The notes under the pieces were generated by a model. That model searched no databases. It had not been told where the DNA came from and was given only the letters and a program-made list of their open reading frames with translations. Positions 1 to 8,663 of a stretch of DNA of 64,000 nucleotides are shown piece by piece (position 1 is the first letter of the stretch; each line of letters opens with the position of its first letter). The stretch spans positions 1,056,001-1,120,000 of the forward strand of contig CAVSGO010000007.1 in NCBI GenBank assembly GCA_963727525.1, given 5' to 3'. The stretch comes from an uncultured bacterium. Lineage in GTDB: Bacteria > Krumholzibacteriota > Krumholzibacteriia > LZORAL124-64-63. The position numbers and the translations under genes are program-made.

Positions 1-239
1 TCGAGCCACTCGTCGAGCGTCTGCCAGAACTGCAGGTGCCCCCGCCGCACGCGGGCGAACGTGCGCCCCTTGTCGATCACCACGGCCCACGACAGCACCG
101 ACAGCGCGGCGAGCGTGAGCATGATCGTCTTGCCCAGAAAGGTGGTCTCGGCCACCAGCCCGAGGATCTCGGCCGTCCCGAACGTGGCGAGCATCGGCGT
201 GGCGAGTATTGGCGTGGCGAGCATCGGCGCCATGAACAT
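1..239 (-). CDS. MotA/TolQ/ExbB proton channel family protein, 5' part (truncated by window edge)
   Basis: Not in the ORF track. Manual translation from ATG 239 (AGGAG RBS at 246-250): MFMAPMLATPILATPMLATFGTAEILGLVAETTFLGKTIMLTLAALSVLSWAVVIDKGRTF. The 'L...S..SW.V...K' first TM helix is typical of TolQ/ExbB. Confidence 0.7.
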   Translation of the reverse strand, partial: MFMAPMLATPILATPMLATFGTAEILGLVAETTFLGKTIMLTLAALSVLSWAVVIDKGRTFARVRRGHLQFWQTLDEWL

Positions 240-374
240 GCGCGACTCCTTGCGCTAGGGCTGGCCCTCCGTGGCCCGCCCGGCCCCGGCAGGTGGGGCC
301 TTGCCTCGCTGACGACCGTCTTCGCTAACGAAGACGGAACAGGAATGTTCCCGGCGGGGGCCGTCGAACGGCGA

Positions 375-752
375 TCAAGCGCGGCCCTGGAAGTACTCGA
401 CCTCGAAAACCTGGCGAAAATCGAACTTCTCGATGAAATCGCGGAGCGAGTCCTCATCGCGCTTGGCGAGCAGGCCCGCCGCCACCATCTGGAAGACGAT
501 ACGGCCGAAGTCGAGGGTCGAGTGCACCCCCCAGGCATGGAAGACATCGGTGGCCATGATGCCGTACCGATCCCTCCCGAGCATCTTGATGGCCTCGAGC
601 AGGTCGGCGCCGGACGCATGGGTGCGCTGGTCGGGCTGACCCGTGACATGATCGAGGGCCTCGAGGACGAACTCGTAGGCTTCTTCGCGAAACGTGCCGT
701 GCTTCGCGGCGAGTTCTTCAATCCAGCGGCCGATGGTGTTGCCGTCCGTCAA
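375..752 (-). CDS. Minf_1886-family conserved hypothetical protein
   Basis: Motifs 'EAYEFVLEAL', 'HASGADLL', 'VFHAWGVHSTLDFGRIVFQMV..GLLAK.DEDS..DF'. Confidence 0.8.
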   Translation of the reverse strand: MTDGNTIGRWIEELAAKHGTFREEAYEFVLEALDHVTGQPDQRTHASGADLLEAIKMLGRDRYGIMATDVFHAWGVHSTLDFGRIVFQMVAAGLLAKRDEDSLRDFIEKFDFRQVFEVEYFQGRA

Positions 753-800
753 GACGCACCCCGTAGTCTGGGGACACGATGTGAGCGCATCTGCTCTGAA

Positions 801-828
801 ATTGTACGTGCACTTCGGCGCGTGTCAA
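801..828 (-). promoter_or_regulatory. sigma70-type promoter for the Minf_1886-family gene (and possibly tolQ)
   Basis: Minus strand TTGACA (828-823), 16 nt spacer, TACAAT (806-801). Confidence 0.6.
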
Positions 829-847
829 CTGTGACGAATGAAACACC

Positions 848-1993
848 TCAACGCTCGCCCCCGGCCCCCAGCACGCGGTCGTACAGATCGATGTACTGTT
901 TCAAGACGCAGCGCGCCCCGAACGTGGCCACAGCGTCCCGTCGCGCCTCCTCGACGATCTGCCGCCTCAGGGGCTCATCGCGTAGCACGCGCAGGGCAGT
1001 CCCCACCATGCCATCGATGTCCTCGGGATCATGGCGGAACCCGTTGGCGCCGTGGTCGATGAACTCGTCGGTGCCGCCACGGTCCGTGGCGATGACACAC
1101 ACGCCACAGGCCATGGCCTCCAGGGCCACCAGACCGAAGCTCTCGTGCCAGGACGGCAACAGCAGCAGGTCGGCCAGCGGCATGAGCGACTCCAGGTTGT
1201 CCACGGTGCCCAGGCTGTGGACCCGGTCGGCGAGACCGCGCCGGCCGAGTTCGTCCAGCAGCGGACAGAGGTCCGGGCCGTCCCCGACGAGCAAGAGCCG
1301 GCACGGCACCTCGGCCGCCACCCGCGCGAACACGTCGCCCACGGCCGGCACGTTCTTCACTTTGCGGAAATTCGACGCATGCACGATGAGCTTCTCGTTC
1401 GGCGCCGCGAACTGCGCCCGCACGTCGGAGTCGTGGACCGGCGAGTAGCGGCGCGTATCGACGAAATTGGGGATAACGTCGATATGGCGCGTGACCCCGA
1501 AGACACGTGCCGTCTCGCGCGCGAGGAATGCGCTGACCGCCGTCACCGCATCGCTACGGTCGATGAGGAAACGCGTGATGGGAAAGAACGAGGGCTCCTG
1601 CCCCACGAGCGTGATGTCGGTGCCGTGCAGGGTGGTGATCACCTTGAGCCGCTCGGGACCCACCATCTGCTGGGCGAGGAACGCCGCCGCCGCATGCGGG
1701 ATGGCGTAGTGCACGTGCAGGATGTCCAGCTCGTGGCGTTGCGCCACCTCGCTCATCGCCGAGGCGAGGCTCAGGGTATAGGGCGGATAGAGAAACACCG
1801 GGTAGTTCACCACATCCACCTGGTGGTAGAACACATTGGCGCGAAACCGGCGTAGACGCAGCGGGACGCTGCTCGAGATGAAGTGCACGGCGTAGCCGCT
1901 GCGCGCCAGGTTCAGTCCCAGCTCGGTGGCGACGATCCCGCTGCCGCCCTGGCTCGCGTAGCAGGTGATGCCGATGGTGGGCAGGCGGCTCAT
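848..1993 (-). CDS. bshA: N-acetyl-alpha-D-glucosaminyl L-malate synthase (GT4)
   Basis: 'IGITCYASQGGSGIVATELG', 'YPVFLYPPYTLSLAS', 'LHVHYAIPHA', 'TTLHGTDITLVG', 'SNFRKVK', 'ESFGLVALEAMACG'. ATG 1993 overlaps the bshB1 stop. Confidence 0.95.
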   Translation of the reverse strand: MSRLPTIGITCYASQGGSGIVATELGLNLARSGYAVHFISSSVPLRLRRFRANVFYHQVDVVNYPVFLYPPYTLSLASAMSEVAQRHELDILHVHYAIPHAAAAFLAQQMVGPERLKVITTLHGTDITLVGQEPSFFPITRFLIDRSDAVTAVSAFLARETARVFGVTRHIDVIPNFVDTRRYSPVHDSDVRAQFAAPNEKLIVHASNFRKVKNVPAVGDVFARVAAEVPCRLLLVGDGPDLCPLLDELGRRGLADRVHSLGTVDNLESLMPLADLLLLPSWHESFGLVALEAMACGVCVIATDRGGTDEFIDHGANGFRHDPEDIDGMVGTALRVLRDEPLRRQIVEEARRDAVATFGARCVLKQYIDLYDRVLGAGGER

Positions 1994-2745
1994 GCCCAGC
2001 GCTCCTGCGGCAGGTCGACCAGCACCGGCACGGCCGCACTCCGCAGCGCCTCGCCATATTCCACACCGGCGCGGTGGCCCCACAGCCGTCCGCGCGACTC
2101 GATACGCTGCGAGAAACTCTCGGTATTGATGTACGTCGGGCGGCGGCCGGGAGCGGCGACGAACTGGGAGGCGTAGCAGTTCAGAGCATCGCGCTTGTCC
2201 TGCCACGTCTCCGACACGTCGAAGATCAGTGACGGCACAGCGAACTCAGGACAGGTCTCGAAGACGGCTTCCACACGCCAGGGTTCGTCGTCCGCCGTCG
2301 CGTCCACCGGCGCCATGGGCCACCAGTGCGCCGGGCCGAGCGACGGCCGGTAGGTCGCGAGATGCGCGAGGAAGACAGCCCGCGCCACGAGCGCCGGCGT
2401 CGCGACGTGGTCGGGGTGCCGTACCGGTTCCGGCGCCGTGGCCACGAACCGCGGCCTGAGCCGGCGGACGATCGCCGTCACTGCCGCGACCTGCGCGGGG
2501 TCGGCGGCGGCGATGAAACCGTCCGGCAATGCGAGTTGTACGCGGCCCGTGAGGCCGAGCACCTCCGACGCCCGCTGCGCCTCGCGCCAACGCTCGTCGG
2601 GCGTCGCGTTGGATGCCAGTTCGCCCCGGGTGAGATCGCACACCCACACCTGACGCCCGCGATCGACCAGACGGCGCAGTGTGCCGCCCAGCGCGATCTC
2701 CGCGTCGTCGCTGTGCGGACAGATGCACAGGAGATCGAGGGACAT
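1990..2745 (-). CDS. bshB1: bacillithiol biosynthesis deacetylase (PIG-L family)
   Basis: 'CPHSDDAEIALGGT', 'DLTRGELASN', 'RHPDH', 'CYASQF', 'GVEYGEA'. Lies between bshC and bshA; start reassigned to ATG 2745. Confidence 0.88.
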   Translation of the reverse strand: MSLDLLCICPHSDDAEIALGGTLRRLVDRGRQVWVCDLTRGELASNATPDERWREAQRASEVLGLTGRVQLALPDGFIAAADPAQVAAVTAIVRRLRPRFVATAPEPVRHPDHVATPALVARAVFLAHLATYRPSLGPAHWWPMAPVDATADDEPWRVEAVFETCPEFAVPSLIFDVSETWQDKRDALNCYASQFVAAPGRRPTYINTESFSQRIESRGRLWGHRAGVEYGEALRSAAVPVLVDLPQERWA

Positions 2746-2762
2746 GCTTCGGCTCCCCTCGC

Positions 2763-4334
2763 TCACGGTTGCGGCACCGCGAGCAGGAATTCGTGCCAGC
2801 GGCCGTCGAGCCCGGCGTCCCAGTGACGACGGCTCGCATGCAGGATGGCCGCGATGAGTTCGTCGCCCCACAGCGCCGCCGCTGCCACTGCGGCGAGCGC
2901 GCGCTCCTGGCGTTCGCCTTCGGGACGCACCCATGCCGGTTGCTCGGCGGCGTGCGCGGCGGCATTGCGCGCCTGCTCCCGTTCGAGCAGTCCGCGGACC
3001 TGGCGCGTCCACCGGCGGCCGAGCTGTTCGGCGATCCTGTCGGCCCGTCCAGGCATGAGGTCGGCTTGCTCCCGCAACGCCGACTGGAGCACCGGCCGCA
3101 CCGCAGCCACCACGCTCTCGGCCAACGGCACCAGCTCGTCACTCCCGGCCGGCGCCTGTACGCGGCCGGCGGTGGACCGCGCCCAGTCCGAGAAACCCGC
3201 GGCACCGGCGGGGCCGAGCTGCGCGAAGAGCCGCGGCATCAGGGGCGCCCGCGGCAGGTCGAGCACCGGATAGCCCCGCGCGAGCTGCGACAGGTAGGCG
3301 ATCTCACCAGGTCCACCCACGACACCGGCGGGACAGAAGAGCCAGTCCTGGACGGCCGAGCGCGCCGCCACGCCCGGGCGCAATCGCTCCGCATCCGGCA
3401 GCGGTCCCACGTGCTCCGCCGGCAGCGGTTGCCTTCGCCCTTCGAGTGCGAGGTAGAGAAAGCGCTCGACGCTGGATTCGGCGAGCGGCGCGCCGTATCC
3501 AGCCGCAGCCAGCTCGGCGCCCGCTTCACGCAACGCCTTGCGATAGGCCGCCCGCCGTTCCCAGAGACGGCGGTAGAACGGTTCCGCTGCGGCATGGAGC
3601 GCGGAATCGTTGCCGGAGACGACGAGCAGATCGCTTCCCCGGAACATCCGCAGCAGTGCCCGGCGTTGCAGGCGCGACCACGACCAGTCGCCGGCCACGG
3701 CGTCGTGCCAGATGCCAGCGAGGTCGCGCGACAGTCCGTGGCGGCCCTCCAGTTCGGCGAGCCAGCGCGCGGCTCCCGGCGCATGCGCCGCCGCGCCGAA
3801 CGTGCCGACCATGGCCGGCGCGCCGCCGGACGCGGACGGCGGCGCCGCGCGCACGAGGACGCCTCGCGCGGGATCATACGCGATGGCATGCAAAGCCTCG
3901 CGCAGATCGTCGTCGTCGTCGCCCGACCAGAACAGCGGCACGGTGTGACGCCCCGCGGCGGTACGCATCTCCGCCAGCACAATCGTGGCCGCAACCTTGT
4001 AGAGAGTGTAGAGCGGTCCGCCGAGAAAGCCCGGCTGCTGGCCCGTCACGACGACATCGGCCGCGCCCGCCACCAGGGCCGCGACCGCGGCCCGGGTCCG
4101 GGTCGCCGCCGCGTCGTCCGGCAGATCGGCGACCAGCTCCTGCAACCATGGTTCGCGCCAGGTGTCACTGGTCCAGATGACACCCGGGGCGCCCGCGGGC
4201 GACTGGAGATCGAAGTACCGCGCCAGTTCCGTCCGCGCCGAACCGACCGCCCCGTCTCCGCGTAACCACGCGCGCAGGAGCAGGGCCATATCGGCGTGGT
4301 CCGCCAGCAGGGATCCGTCCTGAACTCCGATCAC
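2763..4334 (-). CDS. bshC: bacillithiol biosynthesis cysteine-adding enzyme
   Basis: 'VVVTGQQPGFLGGPLYTLYK', 'VPLFWSGDDDDD', 'GGPGEIAYLSQL', 'RPEGERQER'. Confidence 0.88.
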   Translation of the reverse strand: MIGVQDGSLLADHADMALLLRAWLRGDGAVGSARTELARYFDLQSPAGAPGVIWTSDTWREPWLQELVADLPDDAAATRTRAAVAALVAGAADVVVTGQQPGFLGGPLYTLYKVAATIVLAEMRTAAGRHTVPLFWSGDDDDDLREALHAIAYDPARGVLVRAAPPSASGGAPAMVGTFGAAAHAPGAARWLAELEGRHGLSRDLAGIWHDAVAGDWSWSRLQRRALLRMFRGSDLLVVSGNDSALHAAAEPFYRRLWERRAAYRKALREAGAELAAAGYGAPLAESSVERFLYLALEGRRQPLPAEHVGPLPDAERLRPGVAARSAVQDWLFCPAGVVGGPGEIAYLSQLARGYPVLDLPRAPLMPRLFAQLGPAGAAGFSDWARSTAGRVQAPAGSDELVPLAESVVAAVRPVLQSALREQADLMPGRADRIAEQLGRRWTRQVRGLLEREQARNAAAHAAEQPAWVRPEGERQERALAAVAAAALWGDELIAAILHASRRHWDAGLDGRWHEFLLAVPQP

Positions 4335-5110
4335 GGCGTCTCCTTCGCCCGTTCGAACACGAGCAGCCAGCGCGGACTCGTCGGTGCGAGCGGGCCGCCG
4401 TCGTAGTCGCCAGCGGCGGCGACTCTCCTCAACCTCGCAGCATCGGCGAGCGCGTCGAGCTCGTCCAGGCGGAAGAGTTCGACCTCCTCGGCGTACCGCA
4501 ATCCCTCGCGGGGCACGCCGAGCGCGGCGGCAGCCTCGTCGTCACCGCGCACCGTCACTGTCACGTCCTTCACGGCCCGGCGCGGGTCAGCCGCCAGCCG
4601 CCGGTGCTCCCGTACCGTCACCGGTCCATCCTCGCGCACGGTCTCACGCGGGCCGGCGGCAAGCTCGAGCGCCACGCGTTCACTGTTGAGGAAATCGAGG
4701 AACCAGTGACCAGCCGGCGCGAGCACCCGCGCCACGTCGTGCACAACCGCCGCATGCTCGGTAGGCGTCCGGAAGTACCCGAAGGCGGTGAAGAGCGAGA
4801 GCACCGCCGTGCATGAACCCGTGGCGCACGGAATGGCACGCATGTCGCCGCGTACCAGCCGCTGCCCCGGGTCGGCCGCGCGCGCGAGCGCGAGAAGTTG
4901 CGGCGAGAGATCCAGCCCCACCGCCGGGAGCCCGCGTGTAGCGAGCAGCCCGAGGTGGCGCCCCTGCCCGCACCCGAGATCGAGCACCGGTCCCGCGCCC
5001 AGCGGCGCCAGTCGCGGCAGCAGATCGAGGCAGCGCGCCGCCTCGCGCGCATCCCGATGACGGTACAGCCACGGGTAGTGAGCGCCGAACGCCTGCGTGT
5101 ACCAGCTCAC
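4331..5110 (-). CDS. class I SAM-dependent methyltransferase (candidate bacillithiol N-methyltransferase)
   Basis: 'VLDLGCGQGRH', 'GLDLS', 'RGDMR', 'SLFTAFGYF', with N-terminal 'WY..AF...Y..LY.HRD..EA'. GTG 5110 overlaps the nadB stop. Confidence 0.85.
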   Translation of the reverse strand: MSWYTQAFGAHYPWLYRHRDAREAARCLDLLPRLAPLGAGPVLDLGCGQGRHLGLLATRGLPAVGLDLSPQLLALARAADPGQRLVRGDMRAIPCATGSCTAVLSLFTAFGYFRTPTEHAAVVHDVARVLAPAGHWFLDFLNSERVALELAAGPRETVREDGPVTVREHRRLAADPRRAVKDVTVTVRGDDEAAAALGVPREGLRYAEEVELFRLDELDALADAARLRRVAAAGDYDGGPLAPTSPRWLLVFERAKETP

Positions 5111-6789
5111 GATGGCGGCTCCACCGCCAGCCGCGGCTCCCACGCCATCTCTCCCTCGACCGGATGGGTGCGGCCCACGACCGTGTCCCACGGCGGACCA
5201 CCATCCTTGGCCGGATAGTCGACCATGGCGTGCAGCCCCCGGCTCTCGTGGCGGGCACGAGCGCAGAGCACGATGAGTTCGCCGAGCAGGGCGATGTTGC
5301 GCAGCTCCACGAGATGGGGCGTCACCTGGAACACCGCGAACTGCCGTTCCACCGTGCGGCGGATGTTGCGCATGCGGCTCAGAGCGATGGCGAGCCGCTC
5401 GTTGTCCCGCACGATACCCACGTAATCCCACATCACACGGCGCACCGTGTCCCAGTCGTGTTCGAGCACCATGACCTCCGGTCCCGTGCTCGCGCGCGCG
5501 AGCGGATCCTGCGGGTGCGGCACCGGCCCATCGGTAGGCACCACGTGCGGCTCGCCGGCGGCGGCCTGCGACGCAGTCTCGGCGAAGTACACGGCCTCGA
5601 GCAGGCTGTTGCTCGCAAGCCGATTGGCCCCGTGCACGCCGGTGCAGGCCGCCTCGCCGATCGCATAGAGACCGGGCAGCGAGCTGCGACCGTCGCCATC
5701 CACCTGCACGCCGCCGCACATGTAGTGCGCCGCCGGCACCACCGGCACCGGTTCGCCGGCGAGGTCGAGGCTGAAGAGTTTGCACGTGGCCACGAGGTGC
5801 GGAAAGCGCTCCTCCACCGTCGCCCGCTCGAGGTGACGCAGGTCGAGGAAGACGCAGTTGTCGCCGCTGAGCTTCATCTCCTGGTCGATGCTGCGGGCCA
5901 CTACGTCGCGCGGCGCCAGTTCGGCAAGGGAATGGTAGCGCGGCATGAAGCGTTCGCCGCGCCGGTTGATGAGGTACGCGCCCTCGCCGCGTACGGCCTC
6001 GCTGATCAGGAAGCTCTTGGCTTCCGGGTGGAAGAGGCAGGTGGGATGGAACTGCACGAACTCGAGGTTGGCCAGCAGCGCGCCCGCGCGGTAGGCCATG
6101 GCGAGTCCGTCCCCCGTCGCGATGTCGGGATTGCTAGTGTAGCTGTAGACCTTGCCGCAGCCGCCGGTGGCAAGCACCACGACGTCGGCGAGATAGGCGC
6201 GGCGATCGGCCGTCTGCTCGTCGAGCACCCAGCAGCCTGCGACTCGCTCGGCCGGTCCCGCGAGGCCCGGCACGTCGGCGACGCGGATGAGATCCACGGC
6301 CAGATGGTTCTCGTCGATGTGGATCTCGCGACGCTCATGGCACGCGCGCAGCAACGACTCCTCGAGCATGTGACCCGTGAGGTCCTTGCTGTGCAGGATG
6401 CGACGGCGCGAGTGGCCGCCCTCCCGTCCCAGCGAGAACGGCGCGCTCGGCCCGTCGCCTTCGCGCGTGAACTCGGCCCCCTGGACGAGGAGCCGCTCGA
6501 TCAGGTGCGGCGCCGCCTCCACCATGGCCCGCACGATCCCCTCGTCGCACAGCCCATCGCCGGCGGTGAGCGTGTCCTGGACGTGCAAATCGAAATCATC
6601 CAGGGGAGAAAGCACGGCCGCGATGCCGCCCTGGGCATAATTCGTGTTGCTCTCGCGCTTCGACTTCTTGGTGACGATGCTCACATCGCCGAATTCTGCC
6701 GCCAGCAGGGCAAATTGCAGTCCGGCGATGCCCGTACCCACGACGAGGAAGCGGCTTCGGCGCGGATCTTCGAGGCGATAGGCAGCCAT
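5107..6789 (-). CDS. nadB: L-aspartate oxidase
   Basis: 'VVGTGIAGL', 'SNTNYAQGGIA', 'REGGHSRRRILH', 'EFVQFHPT', 'ELAPRDVVAR', 'HYMCGG', 'GVHGANRLASNSLLE', 'ESRGLH'. Confidence 0.95.
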   Translation of the reverse strand: MAAYRLEDPRRSRFLVVGTGIAGLQFALLAAEFGDVSIVTKKSKRESNTNYAQGGIAAVLSPLDDFDLHVQDTLTAGDGLCDEGIVRAMVEAAPHLIERLLVQGAEFTREGDGPSAPFSLGREGGHSRRRILHSKDLTGHMLEESLLRACHERREIHIDENHLAVDLIRVADVPGLAGPAERVAGCWVLDEQTADRRAYLADVVVLATGGCGKVYSYTSNPDIATGDGLAMAYRAGALLANLEFVQFHPTCLFHPEAKSFLISEAVRGEGAYLINRRGERFMPRYHSLAELAPRDVVARSIDQEMKLSGDNCVFLDLRHLERATVEERFPHLVATCKLFSLDLAGEPVPVVPAAHYMCGGVQVDGDGRSSLPGLYAIGEAACTGVHGANRLASNSLLEAVYFAETASQAAAGEPHVVPTDGPVPHPQDPLARASTGPEVMVLEHDWDTVRRVMWDYVGIVRDNERLAIALSRMRNIRRTVERQFAVFQVTPHLVELRNIALLGELIVLCARARHESRGLHAMVDYPAKDGGPPWDTVVGRTHPVEGEMAWEPRLAVEPPS

Positions 6790-6964
6790 CGTGACTCCCG
6801 GTTAGGGCCGTCCCCACAATAAGCGCGGGTTCCAGGGGCGGGCAACGTCCGGTCGGGCATAGAAACTGCTCAAGGTCGCCCCGGATTGAGCGATGCAAAC
6901 CGCAGAGTCCGCGTATCGCCAGACGCGGCCCGGAAATCGATCCCCGACCGGAGGGTGTAACGTC

Positions 6965-7564
6965 ATGATCCGCAAGATGGTACGGCTCGCAACCGGCATC
7001 GTGGCCCTGGGCCTGATCCTGGGTGTCGCGGGCTGCAGCGAGGATGGCAACCAGTGGCAGCGCCTGGTGTGCGAGGTGGAGTCGGTCAACAGTGGCATGC
7101 CGCTCGTGTCGGCCTACCTGGATTCGGGCAGCGACAACATCGTCAACACCGACGACGACGTCCTGCCGATCGACTTCGTGTCCGTCACCTTCCACGCGCG
7201 GCCCTACAACGACGTGATCACGCTGCCGGAAGACGGGACGTACAGCTACTTCGATGTCGTGAGCTACGACCTGGTCTGGCACCCGGGTCCCGGGGCTCCC
7301 GCGGCGATGACGGATTTCAACATCCACGACGCGCCTTGCGCTACCCGCATCCCGGTGTACGGCGAGGGCAGCGTCGCCATCCTCGTCGCCGATCGGCAGA
7401 TGAAGGAGCAGCCCTGGTTCATCGCCCTCTACAACGACAACTCGCTGAGCTTCAGCGCCAACGCGGAATTGATCTTCCACGGACACGAGTCGGGCTCCGA
7501 CGAGATCGTGGACGTCCCCGCAGGGCTGCTGGTGACGTTCTTCGGCGTCGTCTCCACCAACTAG
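6965..7564 (+). CDS. hypothetical lipoprotein
   Basis: MIRKMVR, a hydrophobic stretch, then lipobox VAGC. GGAGG RBS upstream; acidic beta-rich mature part. Confidence 0.75.
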   Translation: MIRKMVRLATGIVALGLILGVAGCSEDGNQWQRLVCEVESVNSGMPLVSAYLDSGSDNIVNTDDDVLPIDFVSVTFHARPYNDVITLPEDGTYSYFDVVSYDLVWHPGPGAPAAMTDFNIHDAPCATRIPVYGEGSVAILVADRQMKEQPWFIALYNDNSLSFSANAELIFHGHESGSDEIVDVPAGLLVTFFGVVSTN

Positions 7565-7580
7565 GCGACGGCCGACGGGT

Positions 7581-8663
7581 CTAGCTCGCCCCCACCTGTG
7601 CGCGCCGGCGCTGCATCACGAATCGTGGCAGCGCCGGCGCGCCGTGCCAGGCGAGGTGGAGGTCCACCACCGCGACGGCGACCTCAGCCGGCCACAGCCC
7701 GCCCAGCTTCACCCAGTCCTTGGCCGTCGTCACCCAGGCCGTCACCCCACGGGCACGGCCCTGGGCGAGGATGCGCGCGAGCGTCCGCACGTCGTACCGC
7801 GCGTGGTCACGGCAGCGTACAGCCAGTCGCGGCGCCGCGTCGAGCAAACCAGCGGCGTGCCGCTCGAAACCTCCGGGCCGCGCCAACCCCGACAGCAGCG
7901 CGACCGGTCCCGACCCCCACGACGCCACGCCAACTGACCGTAGCCGGGCCTCCCGGGCGAATCCGAGCACCGTCACCCCCGGCATGCATGCGCGCAGATC
8001 GTCCGGCCAGGGCCCGGGGCGCTCGAGAAGCCATACGCCGGCCCGCCCGGCCGCCGCTGCGGGTTCACGATAGGGGCCCCACGGAAGTAGCCGGCCGGTA
8101 CGCGGCGTGACCACGTCACCCGCTTCCTCCCAGCGGTCGAGGATCAGGACATCGAGGTGGCGGCCCACGCCCGCGGTCTGGAAGCCGTCGTCCAGCAGGA
8201 CGATCTCCGGCGTCGGGCGAGCGGCCCGCGCGGCGTCCACGCCCTCGGACCGCCGCCGGGCCTGGATCACGCTCCAGCCGTCCGCGGCCAGCCTGGCCAG
8301 GAGGCGGGCCTCGTCGCCGGCCCGGGGGTCGTCCGGGGCCACGCGCAGAGGCCCGTGGGCCGCCCCACCGTGGCCGCGCGTGACGACGGCGCCGCCCAGG
8401 CCCAGATCGGCCAGGTCGCGCATCAGACGCGCCACCACCGGGGTCTTGCCCGTCCCCCCTGCCCGCAGGTTGCCCACCGCCACCACGAGGACCTCCCCCG
8501 GCGGTGGCGTGCGACGCGACGCGCGCACCACCGTGGCTGCCGCTAGCCCGGCGCTGGTCGCCCGGGCCAGAGCCGCTACCACCGGGCCCGGATGGCTGTC
8601 CCAGCGCCTCCAGAGGGCCTCCAGGCGCCGCTCGCCGGCCGGGCGGAGATCAAGCACGTCCAC
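7581..8663 (-). CDS. lpxK: tetraacyldisaccharide 4'-kinase
   Basis: 'VGNLRAGGTGKTP', 'TRGHG', 'GDEA', 'LLDDGFQ', 'LLPWGPYRE', 'TTAKDWVK'. Confidence 0.9.
   Translation of the reverse strand: MDVLDLRPAGERRLEALWRRWDSHPGPVVAALARATSAGLAAATVVRASRRTPPPGEVLVVAVGNLRAGGTGKTPVVARLMRDLADLGLGGAVVTRGHGGAAHGPLRVAPDDPRAGDEARLLARLAADGWSVIQARRRSEGVDAARAARPTPEIVLLDDGFQTAGVGRHLDVLILDRWEEAGDVVTPRTGRLLPWGPYREPAAAAGRAGVWLLERPGPWPDDLRACMPGVTVLGFAREARLRSVGVASWGSGPVALLSGLARPGGFERHAAGLLDAAPRLAVRCRDHARYDVRTLARILAQGRARGVTAWVTTAKDWVKLGGLWPAEVAVAVVDLHLAWHGAPALPRFVMQRRRAQVGAS

Noticed and set aside
240-374. Possible cobalamin riboswitch ahead of the TolQ/ExbB-like gene
   Set aside because: No B12-box or GGGAA/GCCACTG core is visible. 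Kept only as a generic hairpin cluster.
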